From the NCBI GenBank assembly GCA_963521715.1, contig CAUQVC010000001.1, positions 6,179-70,178 of the forward strand: a stretch of DNA of 64,000 bases. Direction: 5' to 3'. The position numbers and the translations under genes are program-made. Source of the stretch: an uncultured Candidatus Saccharibacteria bacterium. GTDB lineage: Bacteria; Patescibacteriota; Saccharimonadia; Saccharimonadales; Saccharimonadaceae. Each line of letters starts with the position of its first letter. Positions within the stretch are counted from its first letter, which is position 1. The notes beneath the pieces were generated by a model. It ran no database searches. It saw only the letters and a program-made list of their open reading frames with translations, and was not told the origin of the DNA. Shown here in pieces: positions 58,639 through 64,000 of this stretch.

Positions 58639-60132
58639 ATGAATACGAGGGAGCTTGAAAAGCAGTTGTGGGCTGCGGCGGATAAACTACGGGGTAATAT
58701 CAGTTCGTCGGACTATAAATATGTGGTGCTGGGACTGATTTTTCTAAAATACGTTTCGGATGCGTTTTCGGTGCGATATCAGGCAGCGATTGATGAGAAT
58801 TATGATCCTGAAGACCGGGATTGGTATTTGGCGGAGAATGTTTTTTGGATTCCCAAGGAGGCTCGTTGGGAGCACCTGGTGGCGAGTGCCAAACAGCCAG
58901 AAATTGGAGTCTTAGTTGATAGTGCCATGGAGGAAATTGAGCGCGACAATCCAAGTTTGAAAGGTGTGTTGCCGAAAAATTATGCTCGTGAAGCCCTGGA
59001 CAAACGTCGCCTAGGCGAGCTTATTGATTTATTTACCAATATCAAATTTGATACTGCCAGATCCAAAGACTTACTTGGTCAAGTGTACGAATACTTTATG
59101 GGTATGTTTGCTGATAGTGAAGGTAAACATGGCGGTGAGTTCTATACGCCACGTTCCATTGTGAAATTGCTGGTAGAAATGCTTGAGCCATACAGCGGGC
59201 GCGTGTACGACCCATGTTGCGGTAGTGGTGGTATGTTCGTCTGGAGTGAGAAGTTTGTCGAGGAGCACGCTGGACGTGTCAGTGACATTGCGGTGTATGG
59301 TCAAGAACTGAACGAAACCACTTGGCGACTCGCTAAAATGAATATGGCAATTCGGGGAATTGATGCGAATATCAAACGCGGCGACACTCTGATGGATGAC
59401 CAGCTTCCTGATTTAAAAGCTGATTATATCTTGGCCAACCCACCGTTTAATATTAGCGATTGGGGTCAAGAACATTTACAGACTGACCCACGCTGGAAGT
59501 ATGGTCTGCCGCCAAAGGGTAATGCTAACTTTGCCTGGATTCAACACATGATTTACCATTTGAGCCCGCGCGGTACGGCAGGCTTTGTGTTGGCAAATGG
59601 GAGCATGAGTAGCCAAACCGGTGGCGAAGGTGATATTCGCAAGCAATTAATACTCAATGATATGGTTGACGCTATCGTCACACTGCCGAGCCAGCTGTTT
59701 TTTAACGTTGCTATACCATGCTGCCTGTGGTTTGTGTCGCGTGATCGTGCCAATCGCCACGGCAAAGTGCTGTTCATCGATGGGCGAAATTTGGGTAAAA
59801 TGGTAACACGACGCAACCGCGAGCTGACCGAGGAAGATATTGCTCGAGTGGTGAATACATACCATGACTACAAAAATGCCAGTGCGGATTACGCTGACCA
59901 GCCGGGTTTCTGTAAAGTCGCTAATCTAGAAGAAATCAAGCAGCATGATTACGTCCTGACACCTGGTCGTTACGTTGATGTCGAAGAGGCCGAGGAAGAC
60001 GATGAGCCGTTTACCGAGAAATTTGCTCGGTTAACGGCTGAGCTTGAAGGGCAGTTTGCGAAGAGCCGCGAGCTAGAAAAATCTATCTCTATAAACCTAA
60101 AAAGAATAAAAGAATTATATAAAAATGACTAA
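58639..60132 (+). CDS. hsdM: Type I R-M methyltransferase subunit M
   Basis: [39 protein letters not shown]. Confidence 0.97.
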   Translation: MNTRELEKQLWAAADKLRGNISSSDYKYVVLGLIFLKYVSDAFSVRYQAAIDENYDPEDRDWYLAENVFWIPKEARWEHLVASAKQPEIGVLVDSAMEEIERDNPSLKGVLPKNYAREALDKRRLGELIDLFTNIKFDTARSKDLLGQVYEYFMGMFADSEGKHGGEFYTPRSIVKLLVEMLEPYSGRVYDPCCGSGGMFVWSEKFVEEHAGRVSDIAVYGQELNETTWRLAKMNMAIRGIDANIKRGDTLMDDQLPDLKADYILANPPFNISDWGQEHLQTDPRWKYGLPPKGNANFAWIQHMIYHLSPRGTAGFVLANGSMSSQTGGEGDIRKQLILNDMVDAIVTLPSQLFFNVAIPCCLWFVSRDRANRHGKVLFIDGRNLGKMVTRRNRELTEEDIARVVNTYHDYKNASADYADQPGFCKVANLEEIKQHDYVLTPGRYVDVEEAEEDDEPFTEKFARLTAELEGQFAKSRELEKSISINLKRIKELYKND

Positions 60133-62182
60133 CAGTACAGTATTAAAAGATAGTCTAACAGAAGCAATTGTTTCGGACGAGATTCAGCTTGGTGGAGACG
60201 GAGTCAAATCTATATTAAGTGCTTATTCGCCACAGGAATCAATCGCCGAATATATTTGGAATGGATTTGATGCAGGTGCAACTAGTATAGACATTAGCTA
60301 CGAAGAAAATGAGTTAGGATCGTTAAGAAGTATTACTATAGCAGATAATGGAAGTGGAATACCTCAGGGTTTATTGTCTGTGAAGTTTAAGCCTTTTCAT
60401 GAATCGGAAAAGGCGCTAAATAAGACAGACTCCAGGCATCATTCTTTGGTGCATGGCAAAAATGGAGTGGGTCGACTTACTTTTTTTACGTTTGCAAATA
60501 TTGCACGATGGACAACGATATATGAAAAAAACAGTAAGCTTTATAAATATGATATAGAAATCAAGTCTGATGATTTGCATAGTTATACGGGTGCTCATTC
60601 GCCTGTTTCTAAAATACCATATGAGCATGGGACGTCAACAAAGGTTACATTTGAGGGGATACGCGAGCTGTCTTCGGGCAATATTGAGACTACCGTAAAA
60701 CAATACCTGTTACAGGAATTTTGTTGGTTTTTAGAATTATTCAAAGATAAGATGTTCTCTATATCTATTAATGGTAGTCCTCTTGACTATAGAGAAATGA
60801 TAGCTGGTGAAAGGGATGAGAAGATTATTCACGATGCAACATCAACTCGCTTTGATGTTAAGTATATTCAGTGGAAGAAAAAACTAAATAAAGAATTCTC
60901 GCGATATTATCTAATAGATTCAACTGGCAAGGAGAACTATAAATCTACAACCCTACTGAACAATAAAGGCGATAAATTTTATCATAGCGTATATATAAGA
61001 AGTGATTATTTTGACATGTTCTCATACGAGGACAAAATTGATTATGACCAAAGCACTCTACAAAATAAAGAGCAAAAGTTTAATAGTAAGCGAGACGAGG
61101 AATTTAAATATGTTATTTCCGAAATTAACGATTACCTACGTCGCATGCGTAGTCCGCATCTCCAAAAGATGGCAGATGATCTCGTTGAAAAGTATGAAAA
61201 AGAGAACATTATTCCTGAAGTCAATAACAGCTGGGAAATTCCTCGCAATAACGAACTAAAAACTCTCATAAAAGATATTTATAAAATCCAACCGAAAATA
61301 TTTGGTGAAGGTAATTCGAGTATAGAGCAGAGAAAGACTTTTATACATCTTCTAAACGCACTTCTAGATTCAAATCAGCGCGATCAGATATATACAATTA
61401 TCGACGCTGTTGTGCGGCTTGATGATCAAGAACAGAAACAATTAGCGGACCTATTAAAGGTGAATAAACTAAACTCCATAATTCAAACTATTAAGATGAT
61501 TCAAAACCGTTATACTACAATTGATGCTCTAAAGGAGATAGTCTTTAATGATAGCTTCAATTCTCGTGAGGTTGATCATGTGCAAAAAGTTTTGGATCAT
61601 AATTTTTGGGTTTTTGGAGAGGAATATAATCTTGTTTCTAGTACTGAAGCTAAATTTGAAAAAGCATTGTCAGAATATCTATATATACTACGTGGCGGCA
61701 AAAAGCAAGATGTGAATATGGAATCTCCAGATAAGAATAAGGAGATGGATTTATTTTTATGTAGAAAAAGTATTGAAAATGATCGCATAAATAACCTAGT
61801 AATAGAGCTGAAACGACCCGCTGTTTTGCTTGGGGAGAAAGAAGTGTCTCAGATCAAGAGATATCAACGAACAATATTTTCAGACTCTCGGTTTAATGGT
61901 GATAATACTTACTGGGATTTTGTGCTTGTTGGTAATAAATTTAATGAATCAGGCTACATAGAGGGTGAAATTGACACCAATAAAGGGCATGGGGAGAAAG
62001 AAAAAGGGCTAATATTCTCAAAGGATAATTGTAAAATCTACGTTAGAAAATGGAGTGATATATTTGCAGACGTGGAGTGTAGACATAAGTTTATCGAAAA
62101 TGAATTAAAAACTGAACGCAACAGACTCGCGTCTGATTATGCGAACGCGGACGAGGCTACCGAAAGGGCAATAAAAAAATGA
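60125..62182 (+). CDS. GHKL (MORC/HATPase_c_3-like) ATPase fused to a PD-(D/E)xK nuclease
   Basis: [26 protein letters not shown]-terminal [27 protein letters not shown]. Confidence 0.82.
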   Translation: MTNSTVLKDSLTEAIVSDEIQLGGDGVKSILSAYSPQESIAEYIWNGFDAGATSIDISYEENELGSLRSITIADNGSGIPQGLLSVKFKPFHESEKALNKTDSRHHSLVHGKNGVGRLTFFTFANIARWTTIYEKNSKLYKYDIEIKSDDLHSYTGAHSPVSKIPYEHGTSTKVTFEGIRELSSGNIETTVKQYLLQEFCWFLELFKDKMFSISINGSPLDYREMIAGERDEKIIHDATSTRFDVKYIQWKKKLNKEFSRYYLIDSTGKENYKSTTLLNNKGDKFYHSVYIRSDYFDMFSYEDKIDYDQSTLQNKEQKFNSKRDEEFKYVISEINDYLRRMRSPHLQKMADDLVEKYEKENIIPEVNNSWEIPRNNELKTLIKDIYKIQPKIFGEGNSSIEQRKTFIHLLNALLDSNQRDQIYTIIDAVVRLDDQEQKQLADLLKVNKLNSIIQTIKMIQNRYTTIDALKEIVFNDSFNSREVDHVQKVLDHNFWVFGEEYNLVSSTEAKFEKALSEYLYILRGGKKQDVNMESPDKNKEMDLFLCRKSIENDRINNLVIELKRPAVLLGEKEVSQIKRYQRTIFSDSRFNGDNTYWDFVLVGNKFNESGYIEGEIDTNKGHGEKEKGLIFSKDNCKIYVRKWSDIFADVECRHKFIENELKTERNRLASDYANADEATERAIKK

Positions 62183-63366
62183 CAAAAACGATCCTACTTG
62201 GCGAGGTTGCAGAGATTATCAAAGGTATTTCATATAGAAGTGCCGATTATTCTAATTCAGAAAATGGAATTGCTTTTGTGAATCTAAAGTCTGTTGCTAG
62301 GGGTGGGGGATATAATACTGATGGCATAAAATATTACGCAGGACAAATAAAACCATCACAATATGTTGAGCCTGGCGACATCCTGATAGCAAACACAGAT
62401 CTTACCCAGAATCGTGAAATCATTGGTAGTCCTATAATTATGCCTAATATAGGCAGAAGTGCTTGTTTTTCGTTGGATCTGTCAAAAATAATAGTGACAG
62501 ATACAGAAGTCGTCGATCCTAGGTACCTTTTTTATTATCTAAAGTCTCCAATTGCTCGAGAGTATATGCTAGCACATAGTAATGGCAGTACGGTAATGCA
62601 CTTATCGGTCAAAGCGGTGCCTAATATGGAACTTGATCTGCCGCCACTCTACCAACAAAAGAAAATTGCCGATATTCTCAGCAGTCTTGATGAAAAAATC
62701 GAGCTCAATCGCCGCATGAACAAAACCCTCGAGCAGCTCGGTCAAGCCCTCTTTCGTCATTATTTTGTTGATAATCCTGAGGTGAAGAGTTGGGAAAGTG
62801 GTAAGGTGTCTGATGTGGTACGTATTTATTCCGGGTTTGCGTTCAAAAGTAAAGACTTTGACATTGATGGTAAATATGGACTAGTGACTATCAAGAATGT
62901 ACAGGATGGTAGTTTTATTAAAGATTGTACTGACCACTTAAGCGAGCCACTGCCCAATAAAACACCAGAGTATGTTCATTTGAAAAGTGGAGATATTATT
63001 CTTTCTTTGACTGGAAATGTTGGTAGGGTGTGTGCTGTGGTAGGTCGTGATTATTTATTAAACCAGCGCGTGGCAAAACTTGTTAGTGATGAGAGCCAAG
63101 CTTACGTGTATTTCCTATTTCGTTCAAAAACAATGAAAGACCGAATGGTTGGTATATCGAAGGGAACGGCCCAGAAGAACTTAAGTCCAGTCGAAACCGG
63201 TAAGTTGAAGATGGAAATACCACCGACTAACATAATGAGCCAATTTGAAGAAAGCGCCATGAATCTATTGAATATGACTGTGTCAAATAATGAACAAATT
63301 CAAAACCTCACTAGCCTTCGTGACTCGCTTTTACCGAAGTTAATTTCTGGGAAGATTGAAATATAA
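62179..63366 (+). CDS. hsdS: Type I R-M specificity subunit S
   Basis: Two TRDs; LPPLYQQKKIADILSSLDEKIELN and LRDSLLPKLISG conserved regions. Confidence 0.96.
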   Translation: MTKTILLGEVAEIIKGISYRSADYSNSENGIAFVNLKSVARGGGYNTDGIKYYAGQIKPSQYVEPGDILIANTDLTQNREIIGSPIIMPNIGRSACFSLDLSKIIVTDTEVVDPRYLFYYLKSPIAREYMLAHSNGSTVMHLSVKAVPNMELDLPPLYQQKKIADILSSLDEKIELNRRMNKTLEQLGQALFRHYFVDNPEVKSWESGKVSDVVRIYSGFAFKSKDFDIDGKYGLVTIKNVQDGSFIKDCTDHLSEPLPNKTPEYVHLKSGDIILSLTGNVGRVCAVVGRDYLLNQRVAKLVSDESQAYVYFLFRSKTMKDRMVGISKGTAQKNLSPVETGKLKMEIPPTNIMSQFEESAMNLLNMTVSNNEQIQNLTSLRDSLLPKLISGKIEI

Positions 63367-63381
63367 GGGTAAGGTGCAATC

Positions 63382-63972
63382 GTGATTATACTAGTAGACG
63401 AGAATGTAAAGCGAATCGACAAAAAAGTGATGCGGGTTAGTGTTTGCTGTGTAGAGGTTAATGATGAAAATATCCTAGAGAATGTCCGAGAATATGTTAA
63501 ATCTATAAGAGGTGATCCTATTCGTTTTGGATCGGTTAACAAAATTCACTTCAGCTCAATGGCGGAAGCACAGCGGCAATCGGTTATTGAATATATTTCA
63601 AAAATTAATATAACGGCAAAAATCTTTATATATTATTGTTATGGCATTAGTGAACATGATGCTAAGCTGCAATCAGTTGAGAATGCTATTTCAAACGTAC
63701 GGCATATACACAAAGGTAAAAAATTGGATATTAAACTTGAAAAAGCCAGTGAGTATAAAAGCTCACCAATTGCTAAGGATTTTTTGAGCGACGAAGATTT
63801 GTTTATTGTTCCAGACGGTATGCTGAATGTGTTCCTGGGTTATCTCGATAACGTTTCAAATAGAACTGGGGCGAATGACCGTATGTATACTTTGATAAAA
63901 GAGAAGATTCGTTTGCAGGTTTTTGATTTTGGTGGAAAAAAGGATTATTTAAATTCTACAAAAAGAGTATAA
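63382..63972 (+). CDS. Hypothetical protein, DUF3800-like / RNase H-like fold
   Basis: N-terminal ILVDE, KIHF, IKLE, LFIVPDG pattern; AT-rich. Confidence 0.5.
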   Translation: MIILVDENVKRIDKKVMRVSVCCVEVNDENILENVREYVKSIRGDPIRFGSVNKIHFSSMAEAQRQSVIEYISKINITAKIFIYYCYGISEHDAKLQSVENAISNVRHIHKGKKLDIKLEKASEYKSSPIAKDFLSDEDLFIVPDGMLNVFLGYLDNVSNRTGANDRMYTLIKEKIRLQVFDFGGKKDYLNSTKRV

Positions 63973-64000
63973 TGATAAGTGCGAGGTTGTTTACCTGAAT

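Overview
This window spans the replication-origin region of a small, very compact bacterial genome, most likely Candidatus Saccharibacteria (TM7/Patescibacteria). That assignment is inferred from gene content and protein style, not from a marker gene. Left to right: (1) dnaN (partial) and dnaA on the minus strand, with DnaA-box clusters on both sides of dnaA and a DnaA-trio unwinding element, followed by rpmH-rnpA-yidC-jag. (2) A ~27 kb cell-surface glycan locus (Wzm/Wzt, many glycosyltransferases, rfbABCD plus a second rfbD and a Tll-like reductase, DUF2142 GT-C, flippase, priming transferase, Wzy/ligase-like protein, LCP, galE). It also carries a secreted lysozyme-like repeat protein and an antisense DUF218-like insert. 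(3) A LexA-DNA-binding-domain-only regulator and tRNA-Asn(GTT). (4) A GtrA / GT2-YkcB glycosylation module and an OmpR-family two-component operon, whose three promoters share an exact TTA(A/C)AG-N5-TTA(A/C)AG-N10-(-10) motif. The divergent promoter array is split by an AT-rich Schlafen(AlbA_2)-HATPase gene flanked by TTGTAA repeats. (5) An ABC exporter, two kinases, and a class III ribonucleotide reductase operon with tandem NrdR boxes. (6) A secreted cutinase-vWA-PKD protein and a crtB-crtI-crtYe-crtYf-crtEb C50 carotenoid operon with no crtE. (7) radC and a type I R-M locus with a GHKL-ATPase/PD-(D/E)xK nuclease embedded between hsdM and hsdS, and a DUF3800-like gene after hsdS. Many genes appear to be leaderless. 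No CRISPR array, rRNA, integrase or transposase was seen. All family calls come from motif recognition by eye; no searches were run.
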